DNA of 64,000 bases from Bispira polyomma (lineage: Eukaryota), in NCBI GenBank assembly GCA_965649765.1, contig OZ287752.1:13020001-13084000 (forward strand). The letters are read 5' to 3'. Under the pieces are notes generated by a model that saw only the letters and a list, made by a program, of their open reading frames with translations, was not told the origin of the DNA and did no database searches. Shown here piece after piece: positions 39,985 through 52,511 of the stretch (positions within the stretch are counted from its first letter, which is position 1; the number at the start of each line of letters is the position of its first letter). Made by a program: the position numbers and the translations under genes.

Positions 39985-42900
39985 ACCCTTATATGCTTTA
40001 TTACCTCTGGACATACCATGTCTACTAGTGTATCACAAGAAACCTTGATTTCAGCCATTGGCACCTAAGGTGTAGAATCAGCCACCTATATTACACCTGG
40101 AGCAGGGACACCTTTTCCCAAAAGTAATCTCAGTGATGAAACACTCCAACTACTAAATATTTTACCCAGAAAAAACATACCCATAATGATATGGAATTCA
40201 GTGTAATAGAATGGTTGGGAAATCCAAACATTCCTTATACCACATCCATTCGCATAAGAAAGGAATTAAATTACATCTGGAATGTCCCTTCCATTCACCC
40301 TATTGGCATAAACCAATATATATGAATTATATTCCCCTCTTACTGGTGTAATTATGTCCTTACACCCCCTTTTATTCCTTATTTTAAATTCAGTTTGTTT
40401 TATGGTTAAGCCTTTGATTTCTTTATTATTTTCAAGTAACAGAAATAAAATTTGACCACATAGTATAAATAGATATGGCGCCAATGGGTCACCTTGTTTG
40501 CAACCTCTTTCTATGTCAAAAAAGTCAGAGAGTACACCAACCTGTATAACGGAGGCTTTAAATGCAGTGTTAAACAGTGTTACCTATTTTATAAATTTTT
40601 CACTAAATCTAAAATATTTCAGAACACTACCCAAAAATTTCCATGAAATTGAATCGAAGGCCTTCTCAAAATCTATAAGCATTAATAGTTCATCCATGTT
40701 ATTTTTTTCTGTGTATTCCATAATGTCATATATTAAACAAGTGCTATCACCTATGAATCTACCTTCTAAAATCCCGGGTTGAGCCATTGAAATTAATTTT
40801 GATAAAACAGTTTTCATGCAAGACACTATAACGCTCGACCCTAATTTATATATTACACTTAGCAAGGAAATAGGTCGCCAATTTTTAAGTAGATCTCTTG
40901 GTTTGTCCCCTTTTGGTATGCAGTTTGTTATACTTTGCCTTAAACTCAGAGGTAGGATACCCCTAATGTAGCTTTCATTCAGGGCTCTTAATATATAATG
41001 TTTTAGTTTGCACCAAAAGACTTTATAAAAATCGGCCGGTAAGCCATCTATGCCTGGAGTTTTATTGTTCTTCATATTTAGAAGTGCTTTACTTAGTTCC
41101 TCTATTGTTATTGGACCATCTATTGCATTAGATCCCAGGTTAGATAATACACTGATATTGTTTGATGACAATTGTTCAAAAATTTTATCGTTTTTTTGAG
41201 AACAACTTTGCATAAAAACGCTTAACCTCATTGAGAATATCTTTTTGACATGTTAAGAAACCACCATTATCTACACGGAGTCTTCTTATAGTTTTATCAA
41301 TAAAATGTTTTCTTTCTAAACCACAAAAATATTTTATTGGTTTCTCATTAAGCAAGAGGTGTTTTGCACGAGAGCGTATCATATAACCAGTTATTTTTAT
41401 TTCTCTAATTGTTTCTAATTCTTTTTTCTTTTGATCAAGTACATCTAAATGGGTATTATTATTTTCAGTCTCAATGTTTTCTATTTGACTTTTAAGTTTT
41501 TCCTCTTGTAAACGTTCTTTTTTCTTTAAAATTGATTCTCCCCGAATTTTTAACAGTATCATTTCCAAGAAGGTGCTATCAGAAACAGTAAATTCAATTT
41601 TTGAGTCCTCCATATTATTTAGATACTCTGTGTTATAAACAGGTAATGCATACTGATGTTTTACTTCCATTATGGCTGTGTCAATAATGTCTATATAGTC
41701 CGATTTTCTTAAGAGGCTGCAATTAAGGTGCCAAATACCTATACCCCTCTCAAATTTGTTTATCAGTAAGGTTAACTCAACCGATGAATAGTCACTCCTA
41801 TAACTTGGTTTTATTATACAACTGTTTATTAAGTCGGTCAATTTAATGGAAGTTATAAAGTAATCTAGACGTGCTTGCTTAAAAGGGTTGCGACGACGCC
41901 ATGAGTATCTTTTTAGAAGTGGATTCCGATGTCTGAAAGTATCTATTAAGTCATGTGTTTTCATTGGGTCAAGCAAGGTTTTTCTTGACTGTGGGTTATT
42001 AATATTCACATAGTTACAGCTGTCTAACGAAGGGTTCAAAACTAGGTTGAGATCATAACATATCAAGATATAAGTTTCATCCGATTTTTCAATATAGTCC
42101 CCAATTTTTTTGAAAAATTGTGGACTCTCCTTATTTGGTGCATATACATTGATAAGTCTTAGTGATATATCTTGTAATTGTATATCTACTAAGAGAAGGT
42201 TACCATCTAAATCTTTATCTATATTTTTAATTTTGTATTCAAAGTTTTTCTTTATCAGGATTAGTACACCACGTGAATTTGTCTTGACACCATGGATTAT
42301 TATATCACAGTCATGGTGCATTGTAATATCATTTCCATCCGATTCCAAGAGGTGAGTGTCTTGTAGACATAAGATATTTGTAGCATTACTAAGGAAATAA
42401 TTTATCACATCAAATCTTTTTTTTTTATCTCTAATACCTTGGACATTTGCCGATGATACCTTAATCGTGTTATTCAGATAAGTACTGATAATTTTCTTTA
42501 GACAGAGAGCTCCGAAAGTGCAAAGCAAAGATTATAATAACATTTTCTAAATTCCATTTTAGCTTTGATAACCCCATCTCTAAATCGTAGGCACTATGTA
42601 ATGTGTTATATATAAAAATAATATAGGTTATATCTACCACATACAAATTTAAGTTCTTTTCAGCCAAACCATACATTTTGTACAATAAATCTACCACTGT
42701 AAATGAAATTGGAAAATATAAATATGAAATCAACATTGAAATAGTAACGAACAGTAATTTTAAATTATAAATAGTAAAAAAATATGGACATAACAGAGAA
42801 GAAAGAAGAAAAAAATTAAATAAATATTGGTGAATAACACACAAGTATAATCTTTACCAATCTTAAAATTACTAATAAAAACACTAATAAATGAAACACA

Positions 42901-43611
42901 ATAGACATTATTAAATGTACCATAAATTATATGTTATTATGTATTAATTACTCACCACTGAAAAATGTAAACCAAAACAGCCATTGTACCATCATATTTA
43001 CTTGTTAAGATATTATAGAAAATTATTCATATTATTAGCATACATAAGTCAATGTCCCTCGATGTGTGTGGTACATGTATTATGTTATATGTGGAACAAA
43101 TAAGGAAGTTATCCATGATCCAGGGCGCCTTTATGTCAATAGGAATATAAGGAGGGCAACTAATATACTTGACTGCTCGATATCTAAACATATGTGTATA
43201 TATTCTGTGTTTACAATACAATAGTCTATTTCTTACAGAAATTAAAGTACGAAACCACATCTTTTGTTTCCCCTTTGCAAATATTAACATATAAGATTTT
43301 GCAAAAAAACTTTACTTTTTAATATTATTACTTTTTTATATTATTAATACTCTTTATTATTGAGGATGAGAAGTGATCATCCATTTTGATTGTTAGGGTT
43401 CTGAGAGCCAGATAAGATCTAATGCAATCAAGACAGTTTTATTTAGTCCAAATCAGTGTTTTAGGGCATAAAACATAAATTGGCCCATGTCTAAAAGAAT
43501 AGTCTTTAAATTATTTAATCTCATGAAACATTAGTAATACAAGAAGTTTGAAATAATAGTGAAGACACTGTGGATAAATAATATGTTCAGCTTCAATAAC
43601 AGTAACAATGA

Positions 43612-43770
43612 TTTAATTTAATTTGGATATTTAACATCCACTCTAGTATTTGCTTAGGTTATATTAGGACGGGTAGTTGGAAACACTGGAGGAAACACTG
43701 CATACAGTTGATCAAGGTACTGCACTAAAACCAACGGCCCACAGTAAGGAACTACCACCTTTCTCACACA
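43612..43770 (-). mobile_element. 5'-truncated copy of the tRNA-SINE family seen at 27177
   Basis: Reverse complement matches about 27270-27425; absent from the paralogous segment at about 3160-3265. Confidence 0.85.
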
Positions 43771-44345
43771 TGCCTTGTGCACTTCAAATTTAGTGTATTC
43801 AGGTTCGTTGAAAACATTGCAACTTTTTTTTCAATTATGGACTGATTCTTCCCGCAAGGTCAAGTGGCTTATAAATTACTCATTATGGGTCATTCCCATT
43901 AGAAAAAACATTTAAGATTTGACCCTCCATCAAGATAAAATGACTGTCTCCAATAATGTAAGACCCTTAGAAAAAGATTATACAACAAAGTATGCAGATA
44001 ATGAATCACAAATGTAATCTAATCTAATAAATTAAGTAATGGCGCTTAATCTCAAAGAAGTCAGTACAATTTCACTAAAAGTAGGATTTAAACAAAATTT
44101 AGTAAACTATATGATTGATACAACCAGTGTTAATATTGTCAGATTAATAAACTGGCCATTTCAATCCATCACAGTTCTTTACTTTTGTATTAATATACTC
44201 AAAGCCCTGGACAGCTATAAATGGCTAAATGTCATTTATAGACAGGGTACACAGTAGACTCCAGTCCAGTTATTAATTAGGTACATGCAATATGTTATCA
44301 CAAAAATGTTTCTCACATCGAAGTATTTAAAGTTCCTTTCATTTA

Positions 44346-44800
44346 TGGGCCGGTCCCACCGGATTTACGTTAGGATATGTAAGTCACGCATGGCCTTGTG
44401 AAATATTTGATGCAAAACGTCATGCAAAACTCCTTTAAAATTCATCTATTAGTACATCAAAAGCTGTAAAGTCTCGCAGGGGATGCATAAGTTCACGTCC
44501 AAGTACATATTTAAACCTCCGTATCACATGTATGAGTACGCCAATACACGTAAAATGACATCATGATGATGCACATTTACACACTGTGACGCATATCCAC
44601 ATTTTAGTACGTCATACTTTTGCATCTCTTGCGTGTCCAAATTTCAAACGGTTTAAAATTAGAAATTTCTTGCATCTCATCTCTCACGCCAGGTTATGTA
44701 TGTTTATTTATATTATGTTAACTCCTGCATACTCCATGCAAACCCTACGCAAATTAATTTTCTAACAACTCCTAACGTGACAGCCGGTGGGACCAGGACA
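44346..44800. mobile_element. MITE, probably PIF/Harbinger (Tourist-like)
   Basis: TIR core GGTCCCACCGG..ACGTTAGGA at both ends; flanked by TTA/TAA; empty site in the paralog at about 3870-3880. Confidence 0.8.
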
Positions 44801-45257
44801 TAAGTATATACACAACTTAAGTTTTGTTCTTCTATACATCTGTAGGTTTCAAGCAGCAGATCCTCAGTTTATAGTTTCATATGTCACTTGCTGCAATGAC
44901 AATGTTATACATATTTAAAGTATCTGAATAAAAATAAAAAGTTAAGTTAAAATCAATTTAAACTATTGTTTGCACAGGATGTTATGACATTTGGATATAG
45001 TTATTTTAGGAGTATCAATTATTTAATGGCCATACCTTTAAATCTGCATACTCAGCTGGTGGTGTTGGTTCTTCTGGTTTTGTCATCTCATAGTTGCCGA
45101 TTCCATGTGTAGATGTTACATTCTCATATGTTGTTGGACTTTGATTCTTAAAAATATGTCAAAATTAAATAACAACATGTCATTGCATATTGAAAAAAAA
45201 CTATGTTATCAGTGATGCAAGTCTGTCAAACATAATGCTATGCTTTTTATGACTTAC

Positions 45258-45418
45258 TAAAGTCCCTTTGGTAGTGTCAGCAATTTGGTTCTGGCTCCTT
45301 CTCAACAAAACAGTCAGTATAATTAGGGCAATTGTGAGTAAACCAACCATGATAGACAGAACTGCTATTCCTGCTATTAGCCTGGTGTCTTTCCTTATAA
45401 CAAGATCTTCAAAAGGGG
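45258..45418 (-). CDS. Transmembrane exon (copy D)
   Basis: LIAGIAVLSIMVGLLTIALIILTVLL followed by RR stop-transfer; phase 1 to 0; AG/GT boundaries. Confidence 0.8.
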
Positions 45419-46252
45419 CTGAAAAAGGAACTTTAAAATAAAGCTTACAATTCTAAGTGTAGAAGTTGTCTTATCCTATATATTACAGATATGTTGTCTT
45501 TCACTGGTAAACTTACTTTTGTCGGTAATTGTAAATTGCTGGGCTGTTACTTTATCAATATCCTGATATATTACAAGGTAGTACTCTTCTCCATCATATA
45601 CAGTGTCCACTGCATACATTGTAAGACAGACATCAGTAATATTATACATTGAAATACAATTTTGTTGTCCATCGTAACACTTTAATAAAGCAACTCTGGT
45701 GTAGTTTCCATCTACGTGTTTCCAGTACAAAACAACAACATCTTTATATATGTTTTCCTCCAATATCCCTCTCAGAGATGGCAGACCTTAGAAAAAGTAA
45801 AATATTACTAGAAAAATTATCAGTCGACAGAAAGTCATGTAATGGTGATTCTTTCATATGTGCATTCATATGTATTTATTTGTAGGAATTCAAAGTGTTC
45901 TTGACTCTTCAAGTACAGCCAACCAGTAACAGTGAATGTCATTCTGCTCAAGACTGCTAACGACAAAGGATTAGTAATATTAATGTTGCCAAGATTCCTG
46001 GGAAAAGAACAGAATGAAATATGACTGTCAGTTGAGCCACTATCTTTGTGCCTGTTCCAGAGTTCCAAAGCCCCTGACAAAATTTATGTCCTTCCTCTGC
46101 TTACCTAAGTGAGTGTGTTACCCACTTTGCCACACATGCACATTTGTACATTATACTTTTTTATTTTTAGTATATTCTAGTTTTATAGGTCTTTGGACAA
46201 AATATACATTAATTTAATACTTATAGTGACATAGCTAAGTAGATGCAAGTAC

Positions 46253-46546
46253 CTAAAGTTGTAACTGATATCTCTGGCTGGTGATCACTTTCTCCATATT
46301 GGTTTTGAGCTTGAACCCTAAAGAAGTACTCTGTATTGGGTAATAAGCTGGACACTTTAAACACAGTTCTTTTGCTATGTTCACTGGGCTGGATTCCATT
46401 ATGATACAGTATTTCAGTGTCCCCTTGATGCCTGTAATATACTGTAAATGTTTGTTTTACAGGACTTCTGCCAGCAATCCATGACATTGTCACTGATATG
46501 GCAGTTAATGACTCAAATATAAAGGAATGTGGTGGCTCTGGAACAC
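46253..46546 (-). CDS. Fibronectin type III exon (copy D)
   Basis: VPEPP..SVTMSW..F.VYY..LLPNTEYFFRVQAQNQYGES; 294 nt, open. Confidence 0.85.
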
Positions 46547-47941
46547 CTGAAACAAATAAAAGAAGAAATATTCACCAACAGACATAACAATATCAACAGT
46601 AGTCAGTAAAGTAGTAAAGGAATAGCACATTGAAAATTTGTGGTGTTCTGTTAGCATGGATAGGATATATACTGGCAATTACTGACAAGAGGGAAAAAGC
46701 TATGTTGGATGCCATACAAAACATGACCAGCAAATAATAATTGTATCAAATATAAACTTTGCCTCACAGTGATGTACATTCTTGATATAAATACAATATA
46801 TTAACTGTTCCTGAAAAAGCAATTCAACTGCATCTCAGTTGCTTGGGCAACACATTAAGACTGATAACTATGTTACCATTCCAACCAGGTGGAAAGGACA
46901 AACAAATGTCCAAGATCACAACTACAAATGATAACTATTACAGTCAGGGGCCAAAATTGTTGACTGTTTGTACCTAAAAAGGTTCCTGGTCACATCTTTG
47001 GTTTTTAAATTCCAAGACCCTTTTTTTCTAGATACAATCATAAAACATTTAAAAGATGCAAACAGAATAGACATTATATAAGTTCTAAAAAATTTACTTA
47101 TATATTTGACTCTTGTGAAACATACCTCTATCCAATAACTCCAGTGAAAAACTAACAGGCTGTTGAATACCATTAGTCACAGTGACTGTATACTCTGTGT
47201 AGTCTTCTATTTGTACAGTATTTATCACAAGTTGTGAAATAAATACCTCATCAATTATTTTTTTTGAATTTACACCATCGGTAATACGTGATCCACCCAT
47301 TTTGCTCCAGATAAAAGCTGCTTCAAGGTCACTGATTTCCGGAAAAGCTCTCACTGTGACATTAAGAGTGACTTGTTGACTTAGTCCAGCATAGAAAACT
47401 AAATCATCACTGACAAGGAGTGGTGGATCTGAAGGTAGAAAAATATAAATCTAGTACAGGACATTGTAAAAACAATCTGTATCTCTTCTTTTTTATTCCC
47501 ACTGCATTCCCTGCAGTACATCTACATAATTACTCACAATGTACAACAATCTGTATATCTCCTGTATCACTCCCCACTTTATTCCCTGCAGTACACCTAT
47601 AAAACCCTGCATCAGTGTACACTGCCTTCTCTATTATCAGCTCTCTGTTTTCTCTCTGGTCTGGTAGATGTGGCATCGTTATATTTAGGTTCAAACTCCC
47701 ACAACTGGCTTGTGATTTCCTCAGGGTTGCCAACCTTAATGTTACAGTTAATAACAAGCTCTGATCCTTCTTTTATGGTGTCTGATGCACTTTGAGCTGA
47801 TACGTCTGGAGGATCTGTTTGAACAAAAAAGGAACATTGCACTAAACATTTAATTACACATAAAATACATCTGAAATGATGAAGCCAAAATGTTTTTAAA
47901 TATTTTTTGGGCATTTACAGGAATTTGAATCTATCACTTAC

Positions 47942-48238
47942 ATCCAACATTCAGTGTAACTGTATCTTTCAATGTTGACTGCCCAGTAACATAACACACC
48001 ACCTCCTTGTTGTTCAGTGTTCTGTCCACTATCAGCACTAACACACTTTGTCTTGTCTCTGTATTATACACCCCATCCTCTGTTGCATCAGTAGTAGAAC
48101 TTAAACTGTTTCCTCCTACAGTCCACACCACATCAGCAGTAGGTTCAGCCTCATCAGTCACACAGGTAACAATCACTTCTGCATTCTCAGAGACTTGACC
48201 AAAGGGATACTTGGTAATAGTGATACTGGAGGCTGAAA
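47942..48238 (-). CDS. Ig domain exon (Ig5, copy D), open frame
   Basis: VIVTCVT..VVW..VVCYV; 297 nt. Confidence 0.75.
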
Positions 48239-50424
48239 CTGGTGTAAGAAATAGTGACATTAGAACCGGTTGCTCTAAACATATTGCTCCACCTATAGTT
48301 TTGGGATTTGCAGGAAGTAACCCAACTTCACAGATACACTAACAATGACTGAAAAACATGGCACTATACCTCCCTTTACATCAGTTGACAAATATCCCAC
48401 ATTGATGTGATGTTTGTATATATTATATGTATATATCTATACATATAATAAAAAATGGTAACATCATATTTGACTGATACAAGGTATATACAGACAGATT
48501 TATAAGATCTACTTACATTTGACAGTATAATACTTAGTGGCAGAGTCCATAGAGTAGCTCAGTTGGTCTGTGTCTGAAGAAGTAGCTGTACAGTAAAACT
48601 GGAGTCTGTTAATTTCCCTCTCCATTGTTATTGTTTGTACCAAACTGTTCCTGACAGACTCTCCTACTTGCGCTGTACCCGTACCATATCCTCTGTACAA
48701 ACTGATCACAGGTTCAGGGTTTCCATCTGCTGTACATGAAATCTCTCTTGTTTCTCCTTCTTTTAGGTCTAGACTGGAGTTTGCAATGATTGTTACTGTG
48801 TCTGGTGAATCTGAAAGTTTAAAGCAATATAACTATTTACTTTTTGTGGTAGATAATGTGACACCAGCACATAAATGAAATTTCCAACATTAATATTAAA
48901 CAGAACATTTTTTTTTTTTTTATTTTTATTTTTTTTTTTATTTCTACATTAATACATTATAATACAATTCACAATGACAACACAAATAAGAACAGTTACA
49001 CAGAGACGTATACAGTGGTATTATTACTATTATTATACATAGTGACAAAAGTATTAAAATTTACAAATCAGTTAATTCATTATTTACTAAACTTTGAAAA
49101 ACTCCTACCATATATTTAATTCTATACATTTCTTAGGATAGTTTTCAGGCCGTCTTTGATTTCAATGTTAACTATTTTAAAATTATCAGAGTAGTCGGGG
49201 AGTTGTAAATATAATTCAATCTTTGACTTTACCAAATGCAAATATTCACCAAACATTATTTGACTTTGAAAATTTTTTTTACCATTTACCCAACAAAATT
49301 ACCGTATTCGACGTAATTAGCGCTCAGTGCCCTCCGAAAATTGTTCTAACTCAACAAATTAAGTGAAACATCACATTCTAATTAGCGCACACTCAATAAA
49401 AAGTGAATGGTCCACCCCCAACTCCGATATCCAACTTGGCGGTAAATCCTGGTGTGTGTTTTCCATTATAAAACACCTGGAATCTCTCTCCACTATAATT
49501 ATCTGTTGTAAAAGATAAATATTTGAGAAAACAAGCCTACTCACAACTACAGTACAAATAAGAATCTTTATCCTCCTCATTTTTTTACCGCAATGTTTGT
49601 TTACCAAAGGGGGGAATGCTAAACGTAATTTACCACCTGTGGCTCAGCACACATATATGTTTGAAAAGCAAAATTTACTAAGTCCAACTTAAACTGAAAT
49701 CTATGACAGGTAAACTTTTGTGCAAAGTTAAGGATATAAATACAACATAATATTTGTATAAAGATCTTGAAAAATAGTGATAAGGTTGATTTGCTTTCAG
49801 TCAGTTTTATTATAACTACACAGTTTACGGTTGTACTCATTCAGCTTTTGTATTAACTCAGCGGATGTTGGATGGGGAGATGCAGAAGTTCCAGAACACT
49901 GTCTTATCAAGGCATGTGTAGATCATTGGGGGTAAATTCATTTAAAAATGTGCTTCTACTAGAATATGCTTTATTACTCTACACATTTTATGATTTTTTA
50001 TATTTCTTTTGGCATTTTTTTCTCTGAATATAACAGACTGCTTTTTTTAATGTATGATAATGCCACGTGAATATTACATATAACCGATACAGACTTCTAA
50101 AACCCCAATAATATCCTTGCTATATTTTTTAATTTTGTGAAACCACAAAAAGGCAAATTTAGTATACTATATTGTAAAGAGAACTAGTTTTTTTTTCTAT
50201 TAGATGGAAATGTGAAATTTGTGTTGGCTCCATATGACATGCTTCAGATTAAAAAAAATCCCCTTTAGTTTAATACAAATGAATCAAAATATAAAAACAT
50301 CACACTGTAGTTTAAACAGTTCTGTTTGGTGTCGACTTCACTCAATATAAATAAATTAAACAAAGTAGGATTATTTTAGACTAAAACTTAAGCTACAAGA
50401 TCAATCCAATGTTTGCTTTATATT

Positions 50425-51800
50425 TTAATGGCCTGGTGATCCTGGATCATCATAATTCTCCTCAATTTCCTCCTCTTCTGGTTCACTATATTCATTAGAG
50501 TCTAGCATGAGGGCATTTTGGTGTATTGCTGAGGTTATCAGCAAAAGTTGTTGATTCTCGAACCTCATTTTCATCAAACCCTTCAAATGGATCTTCGTCT
50601 TCACTGTCACAGAACAGCATTTGATCTTCTGTTCCATCCATGCTGTTACTAAGTCCATTTTTTTTGAAAGACTTCTGAATTATTTGTGGGGTAACAGAGG
50701 CCCAGGCTGTTTTGATCCATTCCAGCAGAGTAATTTTACTGACTGGCTTTCGATTTCCTTTTTTTGTCAATTCGACTTGTCCATCAACCAGCCATTCATC
50801 ATAAAGGTCCCTGAAGGCATCTTTGAATGGCCTGTTCCAAGACACATCACATGGTTGAAGTTTGCTAGTGCAACCTGGAGGAATGATGGCCAAATCGGTG
50901 TTGTACTTGACCCTCACTTCCTCCTTCACTCCTGGTGTGATGTGACCTGAAAAGCAATCCCACACAAGAAGCCTTCTGGTTACATTATTTCTTTTCCACA
51001 CTCTAAACAGCCACTCTTTAATAAGAGTTTGCCCATGCTTGAGGAGTCATTTTGATAAAAATACCACCTGGGGTATCCTTGAGAGGTCTAACACCCTTAA
51101 ATAGGACCATTGGTGGCAATTTAGTTCCATCAGCTAAAGCAGCCAGCATAACTGTGACTCGAGATTTCTCATGGCCAGTTGTCTGCATAGACACAGTTTT
51201 ACTGCCACATTCTTGGAGAGTGTAGTTTCCAGGCATGTCTAACCAGATAGGGGTCTCATCCATATTGCAAATATCAGCCAGATTGTAATTCCTGATTTTC
51301 CTCATTCTAGTCACATAAGTCAGGAAGTTGTGCATTTTTTCACCCAGCACTTCTTCACTCTTTTGAGCCATGTGGGTTGCCCTCCTAAAAGAAATATTGT
51401 GTCTTTTCATAAATGACCTGAGCCACCCACAGCTAGCCTTAAATGACTGGTTTCCATTGAGCTTATATAGTCTAAGACATTCTCTTTTCAACTGCTTTCC
51501 AGTGATTCTTGCACCTGCTTTCCTCCTTCTGGTGATAAATCCCTGAAGTTCAGCGTAAATGTCAGGATAGACCAGTTTTCTCCCTGCACCTGATTGTCTC
51601 TTTCTGCTGCCTTTATTATCCATTTACTGAAAAGATTTCTCAGATTTTCTCCACTCAATAACTCGCTTTCTGTCCACCCCAAACAATTTTGCTGCCTTTG
51701 AATTGTTTGTAGATTTGGCATATTCCACCACCTTTAACTTGAATGCTACGGTGTAAGAACTAATTTTGACACCTTTGTGTGATGGATTACTTGATTCCAT
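50425..51800 (-). pseudogene. pogo transposase (Brinker-like DBD, CENP-B HTH, DDE_1), disrupted
   Basis: ATG 51800, SYTVAFKLKVVEYA; FKASCGWLRSFMKRH; NMDETP, WDCFSGH, LQPCDV (DD36D as counted here); stop at about 51625 and frameshifts at about 51030 and 50530. Confidence 0.88.
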
Positions 51801-52148
51801 GATGAAAATTACTAAGAGGTGTTAAGAAAAATTTTCAGTACAATATATTATTACAACCTTATAATTATTAGTGTAAAATGAACAGGCTATGACAAGTTAC
51901 ATCATCTGTACTACCCTGAACGTGAATAATTAGTAAAGTAGAAAAGGTGTTTTTTAAATACTATAATTAGGTTTATCTATATGGGCTAAAGAAAAAAAAG
52001 AAACATCAAAACACAAAAAAAAAAAATCCTGTATGAATGTTTAATTTTCAACAACCCTCCCCCTGAGAAATATAAATGATCAACCCTAAACTATAAAGTT
52101 CAGCACTTGCTTCTTCGTTGTAATCTGTCAAGTGGATCAATCGACAGC

Positions 52149-52511
52149 ATGGCTTCAGTAGAGAACAGCGGTACTTTTAAATATACATCAAATGTCCGTG
52201 GTTTTCATGTTTATACAGATATTTGGACCCCAGTTATTGGTGAAACACTAGAATGTGAACAAGAACCTAGTAATGAATTTGACAAGTATGCAGTGAGTGT
52301 TTTAAAAAACAATTGTATTGTTGGGCACCTGCCCAAAGAAATATCTAAAGTCTGCCACTTCTTTATAAAACGTGGTGGTCAAATTACAGCTACAGTTACC
52401 GGTAAAAGAGAAAATAACGGTGTTGGATTAGAAATACCTGCAGAATATACATTCACTGGAACCAAAAAGGATACACAAATTCTGAAGCAGTTGTTACCAA
52501 GGCACAAATAA
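52149..52511 (+). CDS. HIRAN-domain-like protein (120 aa) inside the pogo TIRs
   Basis: VRGFHVY..GETLECEQEPSNEFDKYAVSV..IVGHLPKEIS matches the HIRAN pattern (EP.N.[FY]D..A[VI].V..[IV]G[YH][LV]P); open frame from ATG 52149. Confidence 0.75.
   Translation: MASVENSGTFKYTSNVRGFHVYTDIWTPVIGETLECEQEPSNEFDKYAVSVLKNNCIVGHLPKEISKVCHFFIKRGGQITATVTGKRENNGVGLEIPAEYTFTGTKKDTQILKQLLPRHK

Larger units (their letters stand above)
38680..40378. mobile_element. Penelope-like element fragment with inverted pseudo-LTRs and a hammerhead ribozyme
   Basis: 15-bp TSD TTATTTTAAATTCAG at 38665-38679 and 40379-40393; 275-bp inverted repeat; hammerhead; ORF stub from 40018 resembles the N-terminal stub of the 23-kb PLE. 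Confidence 0.75.
38490..42845 (-). mobile_element. L1/Tx1-like LINE ORF2 (APE + RT), frameshifted and split by a Penelope-like insertion
   Basis: SANVQG..LQDTH..NVYAPN..RLDYF (APE); KTPGIDG, WRPISLL, DFEKAFD, QGDP (RT); reading continues as FKITQFTDDTT at about 38640-38680. Confidence 0.9.
38228..42995 (-). pseudogene. IgSF receptor copy C' (signal exon and Ig4 fragment; middle replaced by LINE)
   Basis: SP 42956-42995 nearly identical to 2510-2549; Ig4 5' remnant about 38228-38318; intron 38320-38480 matches 7190-7340. Confidence 0.65.

Noticed and set aside
45835-46080. ORF in the intron between the FN3-type exons, partly conserved at about 16510-16730
   Set aside because: No donor site or domain signature; similarity is at the level of paralogous intron sequence.
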